Of a stretch of DNA of 26,241 nt, positions 16,787-24,595 are shown one piece after another (positions within the stretch are counted from its first letter, which is position 1; every line of letters starts with the position of its first letter). Both the position numbers and the translations under genes were made by a program. The notes under the pieces were generated by a model. It had not been told where the DNA came from. It ran no database searches and was given only the letters and a program-made list of their open reading frames with translations. The stretch is from a virus (lineage: Duplodnaviria > Caudoviricetes), in IMG/VR virus record IMGVR_UViG_3300010362_000094, positions 1 through 26,241 of that record. The stretch is one strand, 5' to 3'.

Positions 16787-16823
16787 TGATAAAGGCCCCG
16801 CCGGACGTATCCGACGGGGCCTT
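16787..16823 (-). terminator. Intrinsic terminator-like hairpin (UACG loop)
   Basis: Minus strand AAGGCCCCGUCGGA-UACG-UCCGGCGGGGCCUU then UAUCAUGUCCA. Confidence 0.65.
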
Positions 16824-16840
16824 CTACCCGGCCGATGGTC

Positions 16841-16869
16841 TTGACATCGATCACCGGGGCGCCTACTAG
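16841..16869 (+). promoter_or_regulatory. Candidate rightward sigma70/SigA-type promoter
   Basis: TTGACA-17 nt-TACTAG. The -10 lacks the conserved final T and no sense gene follows. Confidence 0.3.
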
Positions 16870-16946
16870 GCCGTTCCAGACTGTTCAGCTAACGCTACTC
16901 TTAGTATCTCATAAAGAGACATTAAAAGCAAGTAAAGACACTACCT

Positions 16947-17210
16947 TCAGTTCCACTGACGACGCTCTCGGTTCTGCTGCTGCAGCCGCAGCCGGCTCTG
17001 CACTCTCCGGGCCTCGTTCCGGCGCACTCCCATTCGGAGTGCGACCCAGGACATCCAGACCAGGAACAGTCCGGCGGCCACGTTGACGAACCAGTAGGTC
17101 GCGAAGGGTCCGAGGCCGAGCGCCAGGTTGACCAGGCCGAGCAGCAGGTTGAGGACCGCGACCCTTCGTCCGGAGCGGTCCGAGGCCCGCCAGGTCCGGA
17201 CCGGGCCCAT
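16947..17210 (-). CDS. Small membrane protein, two predicted TM helices, basic termini
   Basis: VAVLNLLLGLVNLALGLG and YWFVNVAAGLFLVWMSWVAL hydrophobic segments; starts 1 nt after the upstream stop. Confidence 0.7.
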   Translation of the reverse strand: MGPVRTWRASDRSGRRVAVLNLLLGLVNLALGLGPFATYWFVNVAAGLFLVWMSWVALRMGVRRNEARRVQSRLRLQQQNRERRQWN

Positions 17211-17211
17211 C

Positions 17212-18096
17212 TCAGTTGATCTCGGGCATGGTGTCGATGCCCGGACGGTGCCGGACGTTGGTCCGGTCCCGACCGGCGGAGTAGTCGTTCCAGACCCGGA
17301 TGCTGTTGGCCAGGAACGTGGTCGGCCGGTAGGTGCCCATGATCGAGCCGTAGCCGTGGTCGCCGATCAGCCACTTGCGGAGTGCCAGGATCGGGCTGCC
17401 CTTGGGCAGGTTGTCGCCCTCGGTGAGCCTGCTCAGGAACTCGGCCTGGGTGTCCGGGCCGTGCTTGCTGTGCAGCCCGATCAGGCCGGTCAGCACGGTC
17501 GCCGAGGTGCGCAGCCCGTACCGGCCGATGCCCTTGGAGATCAGGTAGCCGGGCCGGATCGAGTCCTGGATCACCTTGCCGACGGTTGGGTCGTTGAGCG
17601 CGATCAGGATGTCCGCGGTGGTCAGGTAGGCGGTGACCGAGCCGAGGGTGGACGAGGTGCCGACCACCTCGGGGAAGGCGAGGATCTGCCGGGTGGATGC
17701 GGACAGCACGTTCACGTCGGTGTAGCCGGCGATCTTGAGGCTGTCGCTGGGGGACCGGTTGGCACCGGTGTCGATGACCCCGAAGGTCTCCGGGTCGGCG
17801 TCGAAGGCGACCAGGGACGGGACGTGCTTGCGCTGGCTGCCGATCGCGGTCAGCCGGTGCCGGCCGTCCAGCACGAACCCGGTCGGGTCCAGGGCGATCG
17901 GCTGGTGGGTCATCTTCCACTCGCCGGACTCGATCGCGTGCAGGATCTTGGCGACGTTGCGCTGCCGGATGGTGCGCTGGTTGCGCTCCGGCGAGATGGC
18001 CAGCCACTCGCGTGCCTGGGCCGGGCTGATCTTGACTTCCTCGATCCTCATGTGCGGCTTGCCGCCGCCGTTGGACTTGGTGCTCATATCTCTCAT
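17212..18096 (-). CDS. ParB/Srx-like N-terminal domain protein
   Basis: 'ISP..A.EWL.....NQR.I....V......I..G.W..THQPI..D..G..LDGRHRL.AI' pattern. Start could be 18087. Confidence 0.8.
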   Translation of the reverse strand: MRDMSTKSNGGGKPHMRIEEVKISPAQAREWLAISPERNQRTIRQRNVAKILHAIESGEWKMTHQPIALDPTGFVLDGRHRLTAIGSQRKHVPSLVAFDADPETFGVIDTGANRSPSDSLKIAGYTDVNVLSASTRQILAFPEVVGTSSTLGSVTAYLTTADILIALNDPTVGKVIQDSIRPGYLISKGIGRYGLRTSATVLTGLIGLHSKHGPDTQAEFLSRLTEGDNLPKGSPILALRKWLIGDHGYGSIMGTYRPTTFLANSIRVWNDYSAGRDRTNVRHRPGIDTMPEIN

Positions 18097-18210
18097 TCCC
18101 TCATGGTGTGATCATCATATTCATCCCATGCATCATCCAGGAACCGATGGGTCTCGGTCCGGAATCCGCACAGGCATCTGATCACCGCTCCCCTGGAGTC
18201 CTCGCGGACC

Positions 18211-18507
18211 TCAACCGGGCGGTGATGTCTGGTGGTGGTCATGACGGTGCTCGCCGTACTTGGCGCCGACCACGAAAGCCAGGCAGTAGACCTGGATGTA
18301 GAACTCCGGGCTGGTGGGCGCCGGCGCGTTCTCCGCGGAGACCATCGACGCCACCGCCTTGACGGCGTGGCTCATCAGCCTCTCCAGCGGGATTCCGACC
18401 ACCGCCTCGAACGGCGGGTCGTCGGCCACTTCGTGCTGCAGTTCCTGCCAGGCCCTGGTGAGCAGGTCCTCCAACTGGTCCTCCGGTGGTGCTTCCCACT
18501 TCGGCAT
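18211..18507 (-). CDS. Hypothetical protein
   Basis: AAGGAG RBS, GC3-biased frame. Confidence 0.7.
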   Translation of the reverse strand: MPKWEAPPEDQLEDLLTRAWQELQHEVADDPPFEAVVGIPLERLMSHAVKAVASMVSAENAPAPTSPEFYIQVYCLAFVVGAKYGEHRHDHHQTSPPG

Positions 18508-18528
18508 AGCTCTCCTTGAAAGTCGGGG

Positions 18529-18556
18529 AGGCCCCGCCGGGTGTTCGACGGGGCCT
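18529..18556 (-). repeat. Intergenic hairpin with arms identical to the 16793-16822 hairpin
   Basis: + strand AGGCCCCGCCGG-gtgtt-CGACGGGGCCT versus AGGCCCCGCCGG-acgtatc-CGACGGGGCCT. Confidence 0.8.
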
Positions 18557-18564
18557 CTGATTGG

Positions 18565-19311
18565 TCAGTCCTGAGCCCGGTCGTGGATCATCTGGGCTCG
18601 CTTGGATCCTGGCTCGGCGAGCAGCAGCACGGTGATGGCCAGGTCCTTCTCCATCAGCACGCGCCTGACGGCCATGTCCGAGTGGAAGTACCTGACCTCG
18701 TCGTCCGGGACCAGGTTCAGCATCATCGTGGTGGTGAGGTCGCCCGTCTCGGACTTCTGCCCGATCAGATCCATGATGGTCGGTGCCGACATCGCCCGCT
18801 GCAGGTACTGGAACATCGTCCCGTCCGCATGGTTCTCGGATTCCGAGTCGACGACGTGGACCTCGCTCTGGGCCAGCCAGTCCACCTTCCCGTCCCGGAT
18901 CCGGAACGGTTGGCTGGACATCGCGTAGGCACCGCCACGCTCGTGGATCAGCGTGGTCAGGCACTCCGACACCCAGCCCTTGTCCTGAGCCTCGGAGTCC
19001 CGCTCGGCCAGGTACTGCATCTCGCCGCGCAGCCAGGGCTTCCCGGTGACCGGCGACTGCTTCAGCTGGGAGTGGTAGGACTCGAAGGTCAACGACATGG
19101 TGCTCGCGTTGAACCCGGAGGCGCAGATCGAGCCGGCGTGCAGTGCGGTGTCCCGGTCCAGCGGACACTGGACCATGGCCACCATCCGGTCGCCTCGCCA
19201 GACGTGCAGGTAGATGGCCAGGTCCGGGGACTCCGGATGGTCAGCGACCCAGTCCTCCTTGAGAGTGGTCAGCAGACCGACGACCTGGTCAGCCTTCTCC
19301 TTCAGCTCCAT
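18565..19311 (-). CDS. Hypothetical protein (248 aa, MELKEKADQ...)
   Basis: GGGGAGG RBS before ATG 19311; protein-like part of track ORF 18565..19659. Confidence 0.75.
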   Translation of the reverse strand: MELKEKADQVVGLLTTLKEDWVADHPESPDLAIYLHVWRGDRMVAMVQCPLDRDTALHAGSICASGFNASTMSLTFESYHSQLKQSPVTGKPWLRGEMQYLAERDSEAQDKGWVSECLTTLIHERGGAYAMSSQPFRIRDGKVDWLAQSEVHVVDSESENHADGTMFQYLQRAMSAPTIMDLIGQKSETGDLTTTMMLNLVPDDEVRYFHSDMAVRRVLMEKDLAITVLLLAEPGSKRAQMIHDRAQD

Positions 19312-19960
19312 GGGCGTCCTCCCCACTGGCGATCTCGATCCCGTCCAGCACGTCCCGCTCGCGCCAGCCGGTTCCCATCCGATGACCGGCCAGGTAGGCG
19401 GCGGCTGTGCTCGCGGTGCCGACCAGCAGCCACACGTCCCAGACCTTGTTCGGGTCCACCTTCCGGTGCACGAACCCGACGGTGTGGGACAGATGGGTGA
19501 CCGCACCACGCAGGTACTCGTCGAAGTAGGCCCGTACCTCCTCGTCCTCCAGGAAGCCGGACGACATCGGGTCGGCCGCCTCCCGGAAGCCGGTGTCCTC
19601 AAAGAGCTCGTCCTCCTTGTGGAAGTGCAGGAACATCTTGACCACCTGCTCCTCGGCATGACCGATCAGCACCCCGTCGGAGAACGCGGAGACCATGACC
19701 TTGAGCAGCAGGTCCCGCATCATGGTCGCGGTCAGGGCGACCAGCTGGTCCGCGTCGGTGGGCAGGGTGCTGCCCGCGTACCACCGGTAGCCGCGACGGT
19801 TCATCGCCATCAGCCGGATCGAGTAGTGGTTGCGCATCCCGGTGAAGCCCGGAGCCAGGACATCGTCATCGTGGATCAGCGCTAGCGGGCCGTCGTTGGC
19901 GCTGAGCTGGTCCCGGGACTCCTCGAAGGAGCTCCGGATCTCGTCGGCCAGGTCGGTCAT
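19289..19960 (-). CDS. Hypothetical protein (223 aa, MTDLADEIR...)
   Basis: AAGGAG RBS, ATGA overlap with the upstream gene; protein-like part of track ORF 19289..20236. Confidence 0.75.
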   Translation of the reverse strand: MTDLADEIRSSFEESRDQLSANDGPLALIHDDDVLAPGFTGMRNHYSIRLMAMNRRGYRWYAGSTLPTDADQLVALTATMMRDLLLKVMVSAFSDGVLIGHAEEQVVKMFLHFHKEDELFEDTGFREAADPMSSGFLEDEEVRAYFDEYLRGAVTHLSHTVGFVHRKVDPNKVWDVWLLVGTASTAAAYLAGHRMGTGWRERDVLDGIEIASGEDAHGAEGEG

Positions 19961-20223
19961 TGCACGCTCCTTCCTACGAGGAACTCCATGAACTGGTGCA
20001 GCATCCTGGCGCTCATGGAGATCTGGAACAGCCGGTCGGACTGGTAGGTACGGCCGGCCACGAAGCAGAGCAGCGCCATGTTCTCCTGCTCGGCGCTGAG
20101 CTCCACCTCGTTCGCCTGGCAGACCATCCTGATCACCTCCCGGAGCCGATCCTCCTCGCTGCCACCGACATCGGCATCGGCGTTCAGGATCGCGTCCTGG
20201 GTGAAGGCATTCTCTAGGTCCAT
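19957..20223 (-). CDS. Hypothetical acidic protein
   Basis: GAGGA RBS, GC3 bias, coupled to the next gene. Confidence 0.7.
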   Translation of the reverse strand: MDLENAFTQDAILNADADVGGSEEDRLREVIRMVCQANEVELSAEQENMALLCFVAGRTYQSDRLFQISMSARMLHQFMEFLVGRSVQ

Positions 20224-20243
20224 CTGATTTCCTCACATGGTGA

Positions 20244-20283
20244 GCCCCGGAGAGCCAGGGGGAAGATCCCAGCTCTCCGGGGC
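20244..20283. terminator. 12-bp perfect inverted repeat downstream of the ATPase (terminator or processing site)
   Basis: GCCCCGGAGAGC (20244-20255) and GCTCTCCGGGGC (20272-20283); no U-tract. Confidence 0.5.
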
Positions 20284-20310
20284 AACGGTCAGTCCATCAT
20301 GGGACCGGGA

Positions 20311-21861
20311 TCAGTCCTTGACCAGGATGTCGCCGGTGTCTCCGACATCGACGAAGTGCTCCTGGAGGGCCTTGGCGACCAGTTCCTTGAGCGCTTCCTC
20401 CAGGGCCGGCTTGCTGGGCCGGTCGGTGGCCTCCTGGTGCAGGGTCCAGGCCGGACGCAGCGCGTGCGCCGCCCGCACGAAGTCCTCGGTCGCGTGTGGC
20501 TGACCGATCTTCTTGGTGCGGATGATGCTGTGCTTGCCCACGTCCTCCAGGTTCCGGACGATCCAGGACGGGGTGAACCCCACGTAGGCCTCGTGCAGCG
20601 CCTCGTAGTCCAGGTCCTCCCGCTGGGAGGCGGGGACCAGCACGTTGATCAGCCGCTCGACGCCCTCCTTGTCCAGGTCGGAGACGTAGATCGTGTGGTC
20701 GATCCGGTGTCCGCCGAGCATGGACTTGGGCAGCTCGCCGACGTGGTTGGAGGTCATCAGCAGCATCAGGTCGAAGCCCTTGGTGCGCATCCCGTCGAAC
20801 TCGCCGAGCAGCCCCTTGAGCCGGTCCGGTCTGGTGAACAGGTTCTCCACGTCCTCGATCACCACTACAGCCGGGGAGCCGACCCGCTCCACGAACCGGA
20901 GCACCTGGGGCAGGTTCTCGTCCCAGCGGGCCTCGACGAAGGTCCACCCGTTCTCCAGACAGAACTGCCCGGTGATCGCGGCGGCCAGGGTCTTGCCGGT
21001 GCCGTTCTCACCGTGCAGCAGCACGTTGTTCCCGATCCGGATGTGCGTGCGCTCGATCACCGGCCTGCCGTTCTGGAGTAGCGGCTCGCCGTCCGCATCC
21101 TTCACCTCGTAGCCGGCGTTGGATTGCCGGAACAGCTCGGCGCACTCGATGACGCCCCAGATCTGGTCGATCAGGGCCTCGTAGACATCCTTGCTGTAGA
21201 CCACCGTGTCCCGGTTGATCTCGTAGGGGTTGTAGAACTCCGGCTCCTCCCCGGCGGTGACGCCGCGGAGTGCCTTGTTCCGGTAGATCGAGTTCTCCCG
21301 GACGTACTGCTCGACCAGGATCAGCAGACCCTGGACCTGACGCTCGTACCGCTTCTTGGCGAGCACGTAGATCTGCAGACCCAGACCGTAGTCGGAGTCC
21401 ACGTACGCCGAGAGATGGAACTGGGCGCCCCAGGGCGGGAACGCCAGCATCCCGAACGGCACCTGCACCCGCTCGGTGGGGGAGATCCGGACGAACTTGA
21501 GCTCCGGGGGCTGGCTCCCGAAGAAGCCCCGGACCTCCTTGCCGATCGCGGTCATTCCGTACAGCTCCTTGAACACCTTGTTGAAGGCGAACGCGCCGTC
21601 CAGCGGGCGGCACTGGAGCTGCTGGGTGTACTCATAGGTGGCCTCTTCGGCCTCGGCCTGGGCGAGCAGCATGTTCGCCGCCTTCTTCAGGCCCATCTTC
21701 GCGGGCACCTGGGGAAGGGCGATCCGGATGCCGCCGTCCTCCCGGTACTCGAACGCCGACTCGACGGTGACCCGTCCGCCGGCCAGATCGGCCAAGAAGT
21801 TGTCCACCTTCTTGGTCGTCTGCCTCATGGTCTTGTCGCTCCACATGTTGTCTCCGGTCAT
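20311..21861 (-). CDS. AAA+ ATPase with long N-terminal domain
   Basis: Walker A LLHGENGTGKT, Walker B VVVIEDVE, 'LL..FDG', sensor MTSN, 'RID'. Start at ATG 21861 (AAGGGAG RBS) or GTG 21882. Confidence 0.9.
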   Translation of the reverse strand: MTGDNMWSDKTMRQTTKKVDNFLADLAGGRVTVESAFEYREDGGIRIALPQVPAKMGLKKAANMLLAQAEAEEATYEYTQQLQCRPLDGAFAFNKVFKELYGMTAIGKEVRGFFGSQPPELKFVRISPTERVQVPFGMLAFPPWGAQFHLSAYVDSDYGLGLQIYVLAKKRYERQVQGLLILVEQYVRENSIYRNKALRGVTAGEEPEFYNPYEINRDTVVYSKDVYEALIDQIWGVIECAELFRQSNAGYEVKDADGEPLLQNGRPVIERTHIRIGNNVLLHGENGTGKTLAAAITGQFCLENGWTFVEARWDENLPQVLRFVERVGSPAVVVIEDVENLFTRPDRLKGLLGEFDGMRTKGFDLMLLMTSNHVGELPKSMLGGHRIDHTIYVSDLDKEGVERLINVLVPASQREDLDYEALHEAYVGFTPSWIVRNLEDVGKHSIIRTKKIGQPHATEDFVRAAHALRPAWTLHQEATDRPSKPALEEALKELVAKALQEHFVDVGDTGDILVKD

Positions 21862-21878
21862 CGCCAGAAGACTCCCTT

Positions 21879-22148
21879 TCACTCGATCGGTCCGAGGTCG
21901 TCGTGTGCTGCTTGGTAGTCAGGGCGACACCGCTCATACCGGGCGTCATGGTGATGTGCGTGCTGGTGCCGGATGTCCTCGTCGAAGAGGACCTCCACCC
22001 GGTCCTCCAGACCCTCGACCGCACCGGTCCTGAGGTAGGTACCGGTGCGGTTGGTGATCATGGTCTGGATCGGGCCGGGCAACGGCTTCTTGGCTCTGTA
22101 GAGCAGGTCCACCGACACGCGAAGTCGGTAGATCGCCGTATCAGCCAT
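21879..22148 (-). CDS. Hypothetical protein
   Basis: GAAAGGA RBS, GC3 bias. Confidence 0.7.
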   Translation of the reverse strand: MADTAIYRLRVSVDLLYRAKKPLPGPIQTMITNRTGTYLRTGAVEGLEDRVEVLFDEDIRHQHAHHHDARYERCRPDYQAAHDDLGPIE

Positions 22149-22207
22149 GAGATTCCTTTCCTGGTCGTGTGGTGTTCAGGATCGGTTCTCTGCTCCTCCC
22201 TCCTTCA

Positions 22208-22591
22208 CTAGCGCCAGCGTTGCCGCCAGCGGTCCGCGAACTGTTCGGTCACCGGGATCCACTGCTGTCTGCCCGGATGGGTGACAAGGGCGTAGATCGC
22301 CGGTTGCTGTGGGTCGTCGAAGGTCTCGACGAAGGTGGTCTGGGCGAACAATCCTCCACCGGCATTGAGATGGATCAGGGCGTGCAACTCTCCCTTGGCC
22401 AGCAGTTGTTCGCGGATGGCGACGAGCTCGTCCCGATTGCTGTCAGACACCAGCATCGAAACGAGCTCGTCACCCTCGGCGTTCAGGAACACCACGTGCT
22501 CGGTGCCGATGAACTCGACAGCCGAGAACTCCATGGCCGCCATCCGACTGACGATGGAGGACAGTCCTCCGTTCCTCGGCACCGTGCTCAT
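22208..22591 (-). CDS. Hypothetical protein (MSTVPRNGG...)
   Basis: ATGA overlap with the upstream gene; protein-like 3' part of track ORF 22208..22900. Confidence 0.65.
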   Translation of the reverse strand: MSTVPRNGGLSSIVSRMAAMEFSAVEFIGTEHVVFLNAEGDELVSMLVSDSNRDELVAIREQLLAKGELHALIHLNAGGGLFAQTTFVETFDDPQQPAIYALVTHPGRQQWIPVTEQFADRWRQRWR

Positions 22592-22854
22592 GCGGTGATG
22601 ACCTCGTCCTGGCCGCCGAACTCGGCGTCCATGAGCTGTTGACCGACCTCGGTCGGCTCGCCGAACACGGTGGCTCGCAGTCGTCTCCCATTCTCCTGCC
22701 AGGCGGCGACACCGATGGTGGCGTTGTTGACACGCTCCAGCGAGTTGGTCACCTGCTGCACGCAGAAGTTGCGGGTTGGTGCGCGGTTCTTGGCTGTCGT
22801 CTCGAAGACCACAGAGAAGGTGACGACCTCCTGGATCATCTCTGGTTCCTTCAT
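22588..22854 (-). CDS. Hypothetical protein
   Basis: AAGGGAG RBS; coupled to the next gene. Confidence 0.65.
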   Translation of the reverse strand: MKEPEMIQEVVTFSVVFETTAKNRAPTRNFCVQQVTNSLERVNNATIGVAAWQENGRRLRATVFGEPTEVGQQLMDAEFGGQDEVITA

Positions 22855-22873
22855 GCTGCTCCCTTCCCGGGAA

Positions 22874-22895
22874 GGAGGAGGCCCGAGCCTCCTCC
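22874..22895. terminator. 9-bp intergenic hairpin
   Basis: GGAGGAGGC-CCGA-GCCTCCTCC just after the 22907 stop. Confidence 0.45.
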
Positions 22896-22906
22896 CTCAC
22901 CTGCGT

Positions 22907-23758
22907 TCAGATGACCTCGACATCCCCCGGGAGCGGAATCGCCTGGACTTCGGTGAACCACGCGGACTCCGACACCATCCCGTTCAGGACGGAGTCCCAG
23001 TCGAACTTCTCGTTGGCACCCCGTGCGGTGTACCTCCGAGTCGCCTTCTTCCGGAAGGCCTTGAGCATGCTCTGGGCGTCCTGCATGTTGCCCGCCTTGC
23101 GCTCGTTGAGCATGTGGATCCGACCGGCGTATTCGGACTTGAGCGCCCGGTTGTTCTCGGCCTCTTCACCTTCGAAGATCTCCTGGTACTCGGTGATGCG
23201 ACGCCCGACTCCATCGGCCAGGGCGTCGTTCACCCTGACCAGCTTGATCTCATTCGGGTCCTTCATCACCAGTCGGTTGCTGAGCAGCAGGACCAGGATC
23301 CAGCCCGAGACGAGGAAGATGGTCGCGGTGTTGCCGACCAGCAGCAGGGTGGCCAGACCGGCCGTGGTACCGAAGGCGAACCGGACCGGCCAGGTCAGGC
23401 CGCGGAAGAAGGTCTTGGTCCCGATCCAGAACTTGTCTAGCCAGATCGGCAGGCTGTGCTCGATCCAGCGAGCGCCGGCGCCGAGCTTGTCTCTCGACCA
23501 GCGGAACGCCTGCCCGCCCTTCTCCCGGATCCACCGGGCGGAGACGGTGATCTTGTTCCAGAGCCAGCTGGCGCCCTGCTTGACCTTGGCCCAGATCCAG
23601 CTGATGCCGCGGCGGATGCTCTGCCATGCCTTGGTGGCGTAGTACTTGGCGGTGTTCTTCACACCGGCCACTCTGTCGATGATGTACTCGGACGCAGTGT
23701 CCGAGTCAGCGGTGGCCAGGTCGACGACCGGCCCCGCTTCCATGGTTGTTGCGGTCAT
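22907..23758 (-). CDS. Membrane protein with 11-residue Trp repeats and a hydrophobic hairpin
   Basis: Start ATG 23758 (MTATTME); repeats SWIWAKVKQGA/SWLWNKITVSA/RWIREKGGQAF/RWSRDKLGAGA; hydrophobic FAFGTTAGLATLLLVG and IFLVSGWILVLLL. Confidence 0.8.
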   Translation of the reverse strand: MTATTMEAGPVVDLATADSDTASEYIIDRVAGVKNTAKYYATKAWQSIRRGISWIWAKVKQGASWLWNKITVSARWIREKGGQAFRWSRDKLGAGARWIEHSLPIWLDKFWIGTKTFFRGLTWPVRFAFGTTAGLATLLLVGNTATIFLVSGWILVLLLSNRLVMKDPNEIKLVRVNDALADGVGRRITEYQEIFEGEEAENNRALKSEYAGRIHMLNERKAGNMQDAQSMLKAFRKKATRRYTARGANEKFDWDSVLNGMVSESAWFTEVQAIPLPGDVEVI

Positions 23759-23804
23759 GTTCTCTGATCTCTCTGTGATGTGAGGTCGACGACCTCTGGA
23801 CATG

Positions 23805-23838
23805 AAAAGAGCCCCCAGGCCATCGGGGCCTGAGGGCT
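23805..23838 (-). terminator. Terminator-like hairpin inside a 5' leader
   Basis: Minus strand AGCCCUCAGGCC-CCGAU-GGCCUGGGGGCU then CUUUUCAUGUCCA. Confidence 0.6.
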
Positions 23839-23872
23839 TATGTGTGGGCAGGCTTCCGCCAGCCACAGGACT

Positions 23873-23902
23873 ATTGTATCACAAACACGACACAACAGTC
23901 CA
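23873..23902 (-). promoter_or_regulatory. Leftward SigA-type promoter with extended -10
   Basis: Minus strand TGGACT-18 nt-TACAAT with TGn immediately before the -10, in an AT-richer intergenic gap. Confidence 0.7.
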
Positions 23903-23905
23903 GGT

Positions 23906-24595
23906 CTAGTTGGTGATGCCGGGCAGCAGCCACTCCTCGTCCTCCAGCAGAGCGGCCGAGGTGCACTCGGTGCAGACCAGCCGGGCGACGTGGGAGTCGT
24001 TCTCCTCCGGTTCGGCGATCGGGACGTAGACATCCCTGCCGTCTCGGATCAGCTGACCGGCCGGGGCGATGTACTCGATCCGGCGGACGATCCGCAGCTG
24101 CACCTTGGCGCCGCCGCAGTTCTGGCAGACCACCGGTCGAGGCACCCGGGTGGGTGCTCGCTGGGAGAGCTGCGCGGTGTAGACGCCGAAGACCTCGGCG
24201 CACCAGTCCGGGATCTCGTCCGGGAAACCGTCCTTCAGCCAGCGTCTGGTCTCCCGGTACCGGTAGTTGCTGATCCGGAGCAGCTTAAGCCGGCTGAACC
24301 AGCCGATGGTGATCTCGGGGTCGGCGCCGGAGAAGAACTCGCAGAGCACGTAGGACTGGAGCAGCCGCTCCTCCCAGTCCGGAAAGGTCTCCGCGTGCCG
24401 CTCCGGATCCAGGCAGCGGACGATCACGAAGTCCTCCTCCAGCGGAGTGTTCGCGGTGGCCACCAGGGCGGCGTCACCGGGACCGAACTCCAGCTGGTCC
24501 TCCAGCGGCATGATCTCGTCCTCCATGGTCTGGGACATCCCGACGAAGGAGTTGTTCTCCAGCAGCATCATCATCAGCGGATGCGGGTCAGGCAT
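23906..24595 (-). CDS. Hypothetical protein with C-terminal zinc ribbon
   Basis: CQNC...CTEC pairs; GC3 bias. Confidence 0.75.
   Translation of the reverse strand: MPDPHPLMMMLLENNSFVGMSQTMEDEIMPLEDQLEFGPGDAALVATANTPLEEDFVIVRCLDPERHAETFPDWEERLLQSYVLCEFFSGADPEITIGWFSRLKLLRISNYRYRETRRWLKDGFPDEIPDWCAEVFGVYTAQLSQRAPTRVPRPVVCQNCGGAKVQLRIVRRIEYIAPAGQLIRDGRDVYVPIAEPEENDSHVARLVCTECTSAALLEDEEWLLPGITN

Noticed and set aside
16653-16946. tRNA or attP at the arm junction
   Set aside because: No cloverleaf or T-loop consensus, and no integrase in the window.
16947-17210. Holin
   Set aside because: Two TM helices fit, but there is no adjacent endolysin and it lies on the non-structural strand; left as an unknown membrane protein.
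18101-18177. Chain of tiny minus-strand ORFs (MPVRIPDRDPSVPG, MHGMNMMITP) and TATGAT upstream of the ParB-like gene
   Set aside because: ATG-rich intergenic sequence yields such ORFs by chance and there is no convincing -35; support is insufficient.
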